NCBI GenBank assembly: GCA_038087875.1
Contig: JAXLNO010001275.1
Location: 186,001-250,000, forward strand
Length of the DNA: 64,000 bases
DNA from: Malacoraja senta
Taxonomy: Eukaryota
Reading direction: 5' to 3'
The notes under the pieces are model-generated. The model was not told where the DNA came from, searched no databases, and saw only the letters and a program-made list of their open reading frames with translations. The first letter of the stretch is position 1. Each line of letters begins with the position of its first letter. Of this stretch, positions 47,821 to 59,795 are shown one piece after another. Made by a program: the position numbers and the translations under genes.

Positions 47821-50800
47821 GTAAGATGGAAAAATTGTGATGCACTGTTGCTAGTAAAGGTATTGGGCTTGAAGAAATGATTGATCTCAAGTAGGATAAG
47901 GCAGCAGCTACACCTGAAATGCCTCGACAGTCACCACTGTCAACTAGCCTTTGTGCTGTTGTTAAATGTTTCTGATAATCAGATATTTAAAAATTGTGAA
48001 TTCAGTGTAAAAAAAAGTTAAACATTATGGATTCACTGCCCCAAATCCTAGAAATATCAATGAGTCATTAAAAAGTACAGCATGGAAGCAGTCCTTTTGG
48101 CCCACCGTGTCCATGCCAACCACCAACCACCTGTTCTCATGAATTCTATCTCATTGCACCTTCTCATCCAGTCACCCACCCACTAGGGGCAATTTACAGT
48201 GGCCAATTAAACTATAAACTGACACATCTTAGGATGTGTGAGGAAACCGGAGCCCCTGGAGGGATCCAATGCGGTTACACGGAGAACATGCAAACTCCAC
48301 ATAGATGGCACTCAAGGTCAAAATTGAACCCGGGTCTGTGTCGCTGTGAGGCAGCAGCTCTACGAGTTGTGACACTGTGCTGCTCTGTTGGGGGCTCGCA
48401 CTGTTCATGATCCAAGTCAGCTACGAGGCAGATTGGTTGCAGTTTAACATTTACTAGTTTTGTTTAGTTTAATTTAGAGATACAGTAACGAAACAGGCCC
48501 TTCGGCCCACCGAGTCTGCGCTGACCAGCGATCCCCGCACATTAACACTATCCTATACACGCACACCAAGCCAATTAACCTACATACCTGTACATCTTTG
48601 GAGTGTGGGAGGAAACCTTAGATCTCGGAGAAAACACACGCGGTCATGGGGAGAACGTACAAACTCTGTACAGACAGCATCAGTAGTCGGGATCGAACCC
48701 GGGTCTCCGGTGCTGCAAGCGCTGTAAGGCAGCAACTCTACTGCTGCACTCAGTAGCTGCCACCAAGGCCGCTGTTGCTGGAAGACTCTATGTTTCTATG
48801 ACTCAAAATTAAGTGGGAATGTGAGTAGTGGGAGAAATGGTTCAATGTGGAAAGTCGAATGAATGAGCAACAACATGACAGGTGGACTACAATGTGAAAC
48901 AGGGCAGCACAGAGCCAGAGACCTGAATTAAATACCGACATCGGCTGTTGTATCTGTAGAGTTTGCATGTTGTTCCTGTGACCATGTGGGTTTCCCCAGG
49001 TGCTCTGGTTTCCTCCCACATCCCCAAAACATGGTTTGGTAGGTTAGTTGTCCCCTAGATTGTGCATGATACAATGTGGGGAGAGCTGATGAGAATGTGG
49101 GACAAATATAGGATTAGTGTACATGAATGGTTGGTGCAGGTCAGTGGGACAAAGGCCATGTTTGTATGCTGCATATTTCCATGACTCTATATGATGTAGA
49201 AAGATGTTGACTATTTTTGATTTATAAGATTGGGAAAGACTGTGAGGGACAGTGCTAGAGTAACTCAGCAGGTCAGGCAACATCCCTGGAGACCATGGAT
49301 AGGTGACAATCTGGTTCGAGACTCTTCAGGCAAATTACAATGGGTATTCCTCCGCTTAAGTCTGATAGTAGTGTACAGATGCACCTCAACCACTGACTTG
49401 CTCAACAAGTGCTTAAATTAGTTGAATTAAAGTATGTTTGGAGTAACATGCAGCAGTCCTTAAAATCTACCATTTCCCAAATCCCAAGAGAGCTGGATGA
49501 TCAGGGTTTTAGTGTAAATTCAAAGTCATCTATATCACTGATTTCTTGCATGTGATCACACTGTTGTAAGATATATTCTGGTGATGAATTGCAGTTCACT
49601 TTCCTCCTGTGTAAAGGAGTTATTGTGTTGAATATAACAAGTGGAGGGAAAGTCAGTGTAGGATTTAGAGTTTGTACGTAATGCAGCATGGTAGTGCAGC
49701 TGGTAGAACTGCTGCCTCACAACGCCAGAGACCCAGGTTCAATCTGGACCTCGGGTACTGTCTACGTGGAGTTTGCATGTTCTCCTTGTGACTATGTGGG
49801 CTTCCTCAGGGAGCTCCGGTTTCCTCCCATATCCCAAAGATGAGCACGTGTGCAGGTAATCATCCTCGGTAAGTCACCCTGATAGTGTAGGGGGTGGATG
49901 GGAAATCTATTATGAATGGGTGATTGCTGGTTAGTATGGATTTGGTGGCACAAATGGCCTGTTTACACACTGTATCACTGTTTTCAAGAGAGAGTTAGAT
50001 TTAGCTCTTAGGGCTAAGGGATTCAAGGGATATGGGGAAACAGCCAGATCGGAGTATTAATTTTGGATGATCAGCCATGATTGTATTGAATGGCGGTGCT
50101 GGCTCAAAGGGCCGAATAGCCTATTCCTGCACCTATTTTTTTATGTTTCTATCTTTCTATTAAATAAACTAAATTGGAAGACAGAAGGTATTTACTGATG
50201 CATCTTCACACCAGCTGTAAATGTCATAAACTGTGAGAATTGATTGCAAATGTTATACAATATTATAAACTAAACTGGGTGATCAAAATGACAAGATGGA
50301 TGAAGAGCAGAGTTTTCATTGAAATAACAGACGTGCAGCTTTCTCGAGCACTTGGCCTTGGTTGTGTAATATTTCCTCTTCAAAATACAATGTTCCCTGG
50401 CATTTCTGGTCTGAGGCACCATTCAGCAAGTATATTTCCTGAAACGGAGGTTCTGCTTTCATGGTATCAAGATGTCCAACAGCTCCAGCACCCAGATCAG
50501 AACCTTGCCAAAACTAAGAATGCAGCAACAATTTAGTCATTGAACATCAACGACATGCATATTTGAACTGAGGCAATGGTTAGCTTATTATCACTGTAAA
50601 CCAGTCGTGGTCATGGGTCTGCCATTGTGGTCACTATTAGTGAGGGTGATTAACTATCATGTAGCAGTGAAACGGAAAAGAATTGGCTTTTCAAGCCCAC
50701 GGAGCCATAGAGTCATACGGCATGGAAATGGCCACCTCAACTTGGCCATGTCAACCAAGATGCCATGTTTAAACTACAATTTACCTGCAATTGACCCATA

Positions 50801-51381
50801 TCTCACTGAACCTTTCCTATCTACAGTATGTACCTGTCCAAGTGTGTTCTAAATGTTTTTTAATACCTGCCTCAACTCCTTCCGCTGGAATGTTCTTCCA
50901 TATTTCCACTTCCTCTGGTTCCGAGTAACTCGTTTCCTTCTCACCTTAAACCTAAGTCCTCTGGTTCTTGATTACACAAGGCTGGTTAAAAGATTCCGTG
51001 CATTCAATCTATCTATGCTCCTTGATTTTATAAACTTCTATAAGATCACCCCTCAGCCTCTTGCGTGCCAAGGACTAAAGTCCAAGCATTCTCATCCTCT
51101 CCCTGAATCACAGGCCCTGTTAATGACATCCTTCCGATAGAGGAGTGACCAAAACTTAACACATTACTCCAAATGTGACCTCACCAACATCTTGTACAAC
51201 TGTAGCAGAACATCCCAACTTTTTTATTCAGTACCTTTCTTTTAAAATCTTTTTATTGTTTTTTTTCAAAAAAACAAAAACAAAAATAAAACATAAAAAA
51301 CAGAGCAAAAAGAATAATGATAAACATAACAATGGTATTGATACATAGGGATCATGATTACATTAATAACAGGTATAAACT

Positions 51382-52757
51382 AATAGTAAGATTAAACGAG
51401 AACTTACCTAAGTTTGAAGTTTGATCTTTATTTTATGAGGAGTTACGTAGGTGATTACGTGAAGAACCCCGCCAGTGCGCCAATCTTCAAAGCAGCGGTG
51501 TGAAATCACAAAAAACAACAACCGAAGTAATATAGGCTCATAATAAAACGAGTAATACAAGAACTTCAATCTGACCTTTATGATAGAGGGTAGGGTCATG
51601 GCGGGCACGTAATCACCTACGTAACTCCTCATAAAATAAAGATCAAACTTCAAACTTAGGTAAGTTCTCGTTTAATCTTACTATTTTACTTCGGAGTCAC
51701 GTGAGTTACTACGTGAAGATTTTAAAGCTTTGTGATTTCATGCCGTAGATCAATCCCGGCTTCTCACTGATCTCGAAGTGGGTGCTGCATAGCAACCCCA
51801 GTGCTTTCTGATGCAACTCCGTCATCTCTTGGCTTTTATCCGCTATTCTGGCAAAGCAGTTATTCCAGCAGCTTTAATATTCTCTGCCATTTCAATTCTT
51901 GAGTTCTCATAATCATACTCAACTCATATTTTCTTGCATTCTCATTCATTTCCTGCTGTTCCAGCTGATGGGAAACCAAGTAATTTATTAGGGAGGCCAA
52001 TTCTCTTCTAATGGCTCTCCTGACTCTGACGGGGCAGCGAATCATTCTGCCAGGGGTGGAACATCTGTACATCACGTACATCACGGCTACTGTGACAAAT
52101 CACATAGAGCCTCACCGTCAGAATCAGGGTCTGAAATCTCATGACCCGTGGCACGCTCCTCATCCCTGAGGGTGCATTCTATCAGCCCTGAACCAGGAGC
52201 TGTTGAGCTGCTTCCAGCAGCTTGGTTTTCAGTACACTCTTACCTGAGTGTGCTTTGCTCCAACAGCCTATGTAGCAGGCTTTCCATTTGGGCAATACGC
52301 TTTAAAAGCAGTATCTAGCCCTGGAGCTTCCATTTCCTGGGACTCCTCCTCCGTGGCCCGTTTCAATTCGGACTTGGCCTTGCGCCCGACAGGCGTTGAC
52401 TGCCCCAGGTCCACAGTCGCTATGCTCACCGCTGACGACTGTACCGGGGTTAGAGGCGGTTGGTCGCTACCCGCAGACTCCCGACTTTCCCGACTTTCTG
52501 TCGGCTGTGTCGCTCGCCTCTTCCCCCTGCCCGTTTTTTCCCATGGCATCTGTGGAAGAAATCCCCACAGACCCACAGTAAACGGACATGAAAAAATACT
52601 AAAAAAGTTTTTACTTACCTTGTAGTTAAAAAACTACAAATCCACTGAGGAGCTCTGCTCCTCACGTCCGTTTGCGACAAGGCGTATGACGTAATGACGC
52701 GCAGGCGCACTGGCGGGGTTCTTCACATAGTCACTCACGTGATTCCGAAGTAAAATA
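51382..52757 (-). mobile_element. Non-autonomous DIRS-type element with ITRs and an internal complementary region
   Basis: 51606-51685 is the reverse complement of 51382-51461 and 51686-51718 is the reverse complement of 52721-52753. ITR core 51456-51481 vs 52704-52729. AATA is present at both ends. Confidence 0.85.
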
Positions 52758-53675
52758 TGAGACCAGTGTCAAAATACACAATGAATATAGACCTCTCCAT
52801 CTCTATGTAAATATAGTTAAATCTTTAAAAGGAAACATAAATGTAAAAAAAAAGCAAAGATAAAAAGACAAAAAGAAAAAGAAAAAACAAAACCCCCCTA
52901 AACTAAAAAAAAATTTAAAAAAATTGGATAATAATAAAATAAGAATAAAAATAAAATAAATAAATAAAACAAAACAGAGCAAAACCGAATCTGAACTGAG
53001 AAATTCAACAATTTACGACTGTTTGTCGTCAAGTCCGTTCCACCCTATGAAGGTAAAATAATTTTTATAAAGGTTAAAGAGGGAACAATTTATGTTGTAT
53101 GAAAGTGTTCAATAAATTTTCCCCAAGTCTTATCAAATTGAACCAAGGGTTCAACAATGTCACTTCTGATTTTTTCTAAATTTAAACATGATATCGTTTC
53201 AGAATACCACTGGAGTGTGGTCGGAGGGTTGGAATCTTTCCATTTAATGAAAATAAATCTTCTGGCAATTAATGTGGTAAAAGCAATCAACCGATGGGCG
53301 GAGTGGGACAAATGAATAGAATCTAACATTGGTAACCCAAAAATTGCAGTAATAGGATGAGGTTGTAAATCTATACCTAAGACTACCGAAATAGTATCAA
53401 AAATTTATTTCCAATATTTTTCCAAAAGAGGGCAGGACCAAAACATATGGGTCAGTGATGCCACTTCAGAGTTACATCTGTCACAGGTAGGATTTATATG
53501 ACCATAAAAACGAGCTAACTTGACTTCCGGTGGCGCTATGGAGGCTTGAGTCCAGTACCAACTAGCTCCGTGCCGAAGAATCTGAAAACGGGAGAAAATC
53601 GGGTCTTACCTGCAGCGATCGCGATCTGAACGGCTGCCTGCCGCGTGACGTCATCAGGCGCGCGACTTTGACGGT

Positions 53676-54734
53676 ATGTCGACGCAACATACCCCCCCCC
53701 CCCGTGTGCCAAAAAAACCCGTTAAAGGGAAACCACCGATGGAAGAGGTAGGCCTAACTGAGGCCTCGGCCTCAGGTACAATGACGGCCCAGGAAGACCC
53801 AACGAAGAAATCAAAGCAGAAAAAGTCTGAAATTGAAGATCTTAAAACTTTTCTCGCTGTTGAAATTAAACAGATTCAACTACAGTTGAAAACCTTTGAA
53901 GGAAAATTGAATTTTAAAGAGGAACTTAACTCTTTTAAGGTAGATTTTAAAGCAGAAATGCTTTCTACCGTTCAAGAAATACTGGAAGTCTGGAAGAGGT
54001 CGAGGGACGATGAGGTCAAGGAACAGATGGAAGTGCTGGAAGCCAGGTTCGTTTCGGTGGAATCGAACGCTAATATGGAGGTGGTCCCCATTCATCAAGC
54101 ACTTGATCAACATAGAACTGCGATAACCGAACTTGAGAAATGGGCGGCGACAAGTGAGGAAACTGTAAATCGACTCCTTATTGAAAACCAACGCCTCTCC
54201 GGTATGGTGATCAAATTAAGTGATAAGTGTACCGATTTGGAGGGGCGTCAAAGACGCAAGAATTTAAGAATTGTAGGGGTGAAAGAAGGAAGTGAGAGGG
54301 AAATGGGCCCTCGGGATTTTGTGGCAGACCTACTACAAAAAGCCTTAAAATTGGATCAAAAACCTTCACTCGGTCGAGCACATAGAGCGCAGGGGCGTCG
54401 TACACAAGATAATGCCCATCCAAGACAAATTATAGTAAAGGTGCAACTTGATCATGAATTTGACGAGATAATGAAGAAAATCGTCCGAAGCGGACAGCTC
54501 TATTTTGAAGGTGCGAGGTTCAGTATTTACCGAGATTATCCGGCAGAGGTCTTCAAGAAAAGAGCACTGTTCACTGAGACAAAAAGAATACTGAAGAAGG
54601 TACCTGATTTGAGATACGGCTTGCTTTACCCCGCAAGACTAAGAGTCACCTACAAGCAGAAGGAGCAATTTTTTACAGACCATGAAAAAGCACTGGAATA
54701 TGCCAAAGAAATCGGGAACGTGACCACAGACTGA
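53676..54734 (+). CDS. L1 ORF1p (coiled coil, RRM-like and C-terminal domains), intact 352 aa
   Basis: Contains DLEGRQRRKNLRIVGVKEG, RAHRA, PRQIIVK and YGLLYPARLRVT motifs. Confidence 0.9.
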   Translation: MSTQHTPPPRVPKKPVKGKPPMEEVGLTEASASGTMTAQEDPTKKSKQKKSEIEDLKTFLAVEIKQIQLQLKTFEGKLNFKEELNSFKVDFKAEMLSTVQEILEVWKRSRDDEVKEQMEVLEARFVSVESNANMEVVPIHQALDQHRTAITELEKWAATSEETVNRLLIENQRLSGMVIKLSDKCTDLEGRQRRKNLRIVGVKEGSEREMGPRDFVADLLQKALKLDQKPSLGRAHRAQGRRTQDNAHPRQIIVKVQLDHEFDEIMKKIVRSGQLYFEGARFSIYRDYPAEVFKKRALFTETKRILKKVPDLRYGLLYPARLRVTYKQKEQFFTDHEKALEYAKEIGNVTTD

Positions 54735-55331
54735 AGAATTTACATTACTCCTCAGGAGTCAAGGATTAACGGGACTTCACCAGATTTAAAAGGACCTTTA
54801 AAGTTATTTTAAGAGCTTTAAGGACATTCGAAAACCGAAATGGACGGTGGACATTGGAGAAAACCGTGGTTTTTTTTTTTTTTTTTTTTAAATCTTTTTT
54901 TATTTTTAGTATAAACTTTAAGAACAATAATATCATAGTTGTGACCAATTGTTATTAATCACTATTACTATTTAGTATATTCATATCTAACTATATATGT
55001 AACTGCTAATACTTATTAAATATCTATATTACTACTAAAATTATTAACATTTATATTACTCATAAAAATTTAATACTGGGTATGATCGATAACAATGATT
55101 AATAACTAACAATCTCTGGTTAACGTAGAAATGAGTTACATACTTATATTCTACAGGAAGATGTGCAAGAGGTAATTCAGCCTACGTCATAATAAGGTTT
55201 GACGGTTTTTCTCTTTATTTTTCAATTAAAAATTAAATTTATAGATTTAGCGAAGATATTAATATGGTATGTAGAGAATAATAACGTTGTGAATTTATGT
55301 TGTTTTCGGACTTTTCTGCAGGGATATGTGC

Positions 55332-55604
55332 NNNNNNNNNNNNNNNNNNNNNNNNNNNNNNNNNNNNNNNNNNNNNNNNNNNNNNNNNNNNNNNNNNNNN
55401 NNNNNNNNNNNNNNNNNNNNNNNNNNNNNNNNNNNNNNNNNNNNNNNNNNNNNNNNNNNNNNNNNNNNNNNNNNNNNNNNNNNNNNNNNNNNNNNNNNNN
55501 NNNNNNNNNNNNNNNNNNNNNNNNNNNNNNNNNNNNNNNNNNNNNNNNNNNNNNNNNNNNNNNNNNNNNNNNNNNNNNNNNNNNNNNNNNNNNNNNNNNN
55601 NNNN
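55332..55604. other. Assembly gap (273 N)
   Basis: Run of N inside the L1 inter-ORF spacer. Confidence 1.
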
Positions 55605-55980
55605 TTTGCTACTCCCAAAGAAGTTAATTGATTGTCAGAAATATTCTTTCTTTTTTTTTTCGGGCACGGAGCTGGGAATTTTTTTTTACAAAGGCTACGG
55701 AAGTCTTTAGAATTCTAGCCACGTTAGTGTGGCTATCACTAACTACACTAATTGTAGATGTAGTTTTTTTTCTTTCACCCTATACTAACCAATTCTATCA
55801 TTTTTTCACTTTAAATATTTTTATAACTTAATGTTTGAATGGAACAACAAGACTAATTCAAGGAGATGTGTTCGGAAGAGCGATGTATATGATTTTAAAT
55901 TCATCTATTCGAGGTTCGGGAGCAGGGTCAGGTTTTATGTGTTGCACCTTCTGCTCGGTTATAGACCACCTTAGAAACAA

Positions 55981-58900
55981 TATGCAAGATGTTTATATGA
56001 CAAGAGGGGGTCAGGGAATAACATTTTGTAGTTGGAATGTTAAGGGAATCAATGAACCAATTAAGAGAGGTAAAGTTTTGGCACATCTAAATTCAATCAA
56101 AACAGATATAATATTCCTTCAAGAAACACACCTTAAAAAGGAATCTCAACATAGACTTAAAGCTAAGTGGATCGCTGAATCATATCATTCCTATTTTTCC
56201 CATAAGTCCAGAGGATTTGCAATATTAATTCGTAAAGGAATACCTTTTACGAATTCATCAACAATAGCGGATATTGATGGTAGATATATTATATTAGTTG
56301 GAGAGTTAAATGGAGAGAAAGTGATTCTTCTTAATGTATATGGGCCTAATTTTGATAACCCTATGTTTTTTAATAAAACATTTAATATAATTCCTGAATT
56401 TACACAATATAAATTAATAATTGGAGGAGACTTCAATTGCACATTAGATTCATACTTAGATAGATCATCAAGGCAAAAAAAAGTAAAATCTCAATCAAGT
56501 GTATTTTTAAATTCATTTATTAATACCACTAATATTAAGGATGTCTGGAGAATTGAAAATCCAACTGGACGGGAATATTCATTTTACTCACCAGTACATA
56601 AAACATACTCAAGAATAGATTATTTTTTAGTTGACTCCACGTTTATCCCATTTACTTACAACTCAAAACACCATAATATTATAATCTCAGATCACGCACC
56701 TGTAACATTCATGATTAAATTAAATGGAATGTCCGAGAAACAAACATATTGGAGATTTAACCCACAAATTTTGAACGAAAGATCATGCGAAGAATATCTT
56801 ACTAAACAGATTCAAATATTTTTTGTGGTATATGACAACCCTGACACACCTACTTCTCTTATGTGGGAAACGTTTAAAGCGTTTGTTCGAGGTGCATTAA
56901 TTTCTGCTCAAGTATTTTATAATAAAGAGAACAGGATTAAACAACAAACATTGGAAAGGGAAATCAAGCAACAAGATATAGAAAATGCGAGAATGCCATC
57001 TATTTTAAAACATAATAAAATTGCTGTATTGAAATATAAATTAAACAAAATGTATTCAGAACAAGTAATAAAACTTTATCAAAAAACAAACAATTACATT
57101 TTGAGTTTGGAGACAAACCACAAAAACTATTAGCACGTCAGTTACGAAAAATGGAAGGGGAAAAAATAATTCATAAAATTAGAACAGAGACAGGAGAATT
57201 ATTAAAAATGCCCAAGGATATAAACGAAAGATTTCTCCAATACTATCATAATCTTTATTCAACTAAAACTGTAGTACAAGCAGAAGGAATAGCAGATTTT
57301 TTACTAAAATGTAATTTAAAAGGTTTAGATTCAAACGATAGAGAATTATTAGAAAGGGAGATTACGATAAAGGATATTGAGGAGTCTATTGGCTCTTGAA
57401 AAAATGGTAAAGCAGTAGGACCAGATGGTTTAGGCTCTGAATTCTATAAAAAAAATTATGACTTGCTCTCCCCACGTTTACAAAGGCTGTATGAGCATAT
57501 CTATACTCAACAGAAACTTCCAGATACTTTAAATGAATCTATAATAACACTTATTCCTAAAGTTGATAAAGATCCGGAAGATCCGGGATCATATAGAGCA
57601 ATTGCACTTTTAAATACAGATCAGAAAATATTAACTAAAATACTAGCGCATAGATTAAGTACAGTGATGAATAAATTAATACACCCTGACCAAACAGGCT
57701 TTACTCAGAAACGGTACTCATATTATAATCTAAGAAGATTATTTAATATTATTTATTCTAAGAGAATTATTAATGAAGATCTAGCAATAATCTCACTTGA
57801 CGCTGAAAAAGCATTTGATCAGGTTGAATGGTCTTATTTATTTTCGGTGATGGAAAATATGCAGCTAGGGGAGAAATTCTGCACATGGATAAAACTGTTA
57901 TATACAAACCCTACGGCTAGAATATTAACAAACCAAAGGTTGTCATCTAAATTCAGCCTATCTAGAGGTTGTAGACAAGGATGCCCGTTATCTCCATTAT
58001 TATTTGCGCTTGCTATTGAGCCACTCGCAGAAAGAGTTAGGGGTCATCCGGAAATACATGGGTATAACACAAAGGACACAGTGAATAAAATTTCTCTATA
58101 CGCAGATGATGTACTAATTTACATTACAAAACCAGAAATTAATATTCCAAACTTATTAAAGCTAATAACCCAATTTGGTTCACTCTCAGGATACAGAATA
58201 AATTGGAATAAAAGTGAAATTATGCCAATAAGGGAACACAACAAACAGATAATACAACAATTTCCATTTAAAATAGTAAACGAAAAATTTAAATACCTAG
58301 GCATTTACGTAACTAAGATATATACATCATTATTTAAAGCAAATTTCCCCCCATTACTGAACAAACTACATAAGAATATTCAATATTGGAAAACACTTCC
58401 TATCTCAATGGTTGGCAAAATTAATGCCATAAAAATGATTTTTTTACCGCAAATATTATACCTTTTTCAGACAATTCCGATATATTTGTCAAAAAACGTT
58501 TAAAAAAAATTGGATTCCATTGTTAATGATTTTATCTGGGATTATAAGAATCATAGGATAAATAAAAGACATTTGTGTAAATCAAAAATAAATGGAGGCT
58601 TGGTTTTACCCAACTTTCTGTTTTATTTTTGGGCAGTTAATATTAAAAATATGAATTTCTGGTTGGAAGAAATAGATCAACAACTAGATTGGTTAAAAAT
58701 GGAAAAGGAAGATTGTTTACCTTTTGATATCGGCTCGATATTATTTGCTACGTCTAAATTAAACAAAAAAAATTGTAGGAAAACCCTATAATATTTAGTG
58801 CTATACGAATTTGGAAACAATTAAAAAAGACATTATAATTAGATAATTTATCACTTTTTCTTCCAATTGTGAATAACCCTTTGTTTAAGCCCTCATGGTT

Positions 58901-59795
58901 GGACAGGGGTTTTACACAATGGAAGAATTATGGAATTAAAAATATGGGACAACTTTACAAGGAAGGCACCTTTCTGACATTTCAGGAGTTGCAACAGACT
59001 TATGGACTTCAAGGAAATGATTTTTTCAGATATCTTCAACTCAGAGATTATGTAAAATCGAATACTCAAAATTTTCGAATTAGAAATTCAGAAATTCTTG
59101 ACGAATGTTGGAATAAACATCCTAATACAGAAAAATTAATATCTTATATATATAATATTTTATTAGACAGTGACATTCCATCGACGGACTTACACAGACA
59201 AACATGGGAAAAAGAATTAAATCAAATAATAACGAAAGATACTTGGGAAGAAAGTTTACAACACATACATCAATGTTCATTAAATGCCAGACATTCATTA
59301 ATACAATTTAAAGTAATACATAGGTTACATTATTCAAAAACAAAATTACATAAAATCTTTCAACATATCTCACCTATATGTGATAAATGTCAACATTTAG
59401 AAGCTAACTTATCTCATATGTTTGCAAACTGTATAAAAATAAAAAAATTCTGGGTAAATATTTTCAGTATAATATCTAAAGTGACCAGCACACAATTGGA
59501 CCCGGATCCAAAATTAATAATACTCGGAACATTAGAATTAAATCAAACATTTAAAACAACACAAAGAAACTTTATTGATTATAGTATAATAACGGGAAAA
59601 AAATTAATTCTAAAATTTTGGAAAGGCCCTATAACCCCCACAATCAAAATGTGGATTATAGAAATGACGGAGACCTTAAACGTGGAAATAATCAGATTTT
59701 CCCTGTTGGACAAACAGGAATTATTCGTTGGAACATTGTCTCCCTTTATTGATTATTTAAAGGGTCAGAATGGTTCAGCACAGGAACCTGACTAG
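55981..59795 (+). pseudogene. L1 ORF2p (APE endonuclease, RT, C-terminal domain) broken by about 4 frameshifts
   Basis: SWNVKG, LQETH, GGDFN, SDHAP; SLDAEKAFD, GCRQGCPLSP, LYADD, KYLG; CDKC...HMFANC. Split across ORFs 55835-57133, 57151-57399, 57463-58503, 58510-58791 and 58869-59795. Confidence 0.9.

Noticed and set aside
49617-49681. Candidate cytoplasmic or terminal exon GVIVLNITSGGKVSVGFRVCT-stop
   Set aside because: Only a moderate acceptor, no recognisable class I tail motif, and no independent support.
55199-55710. ORFs spanning X runs
   Set aside because: Artefacts of the N gap.
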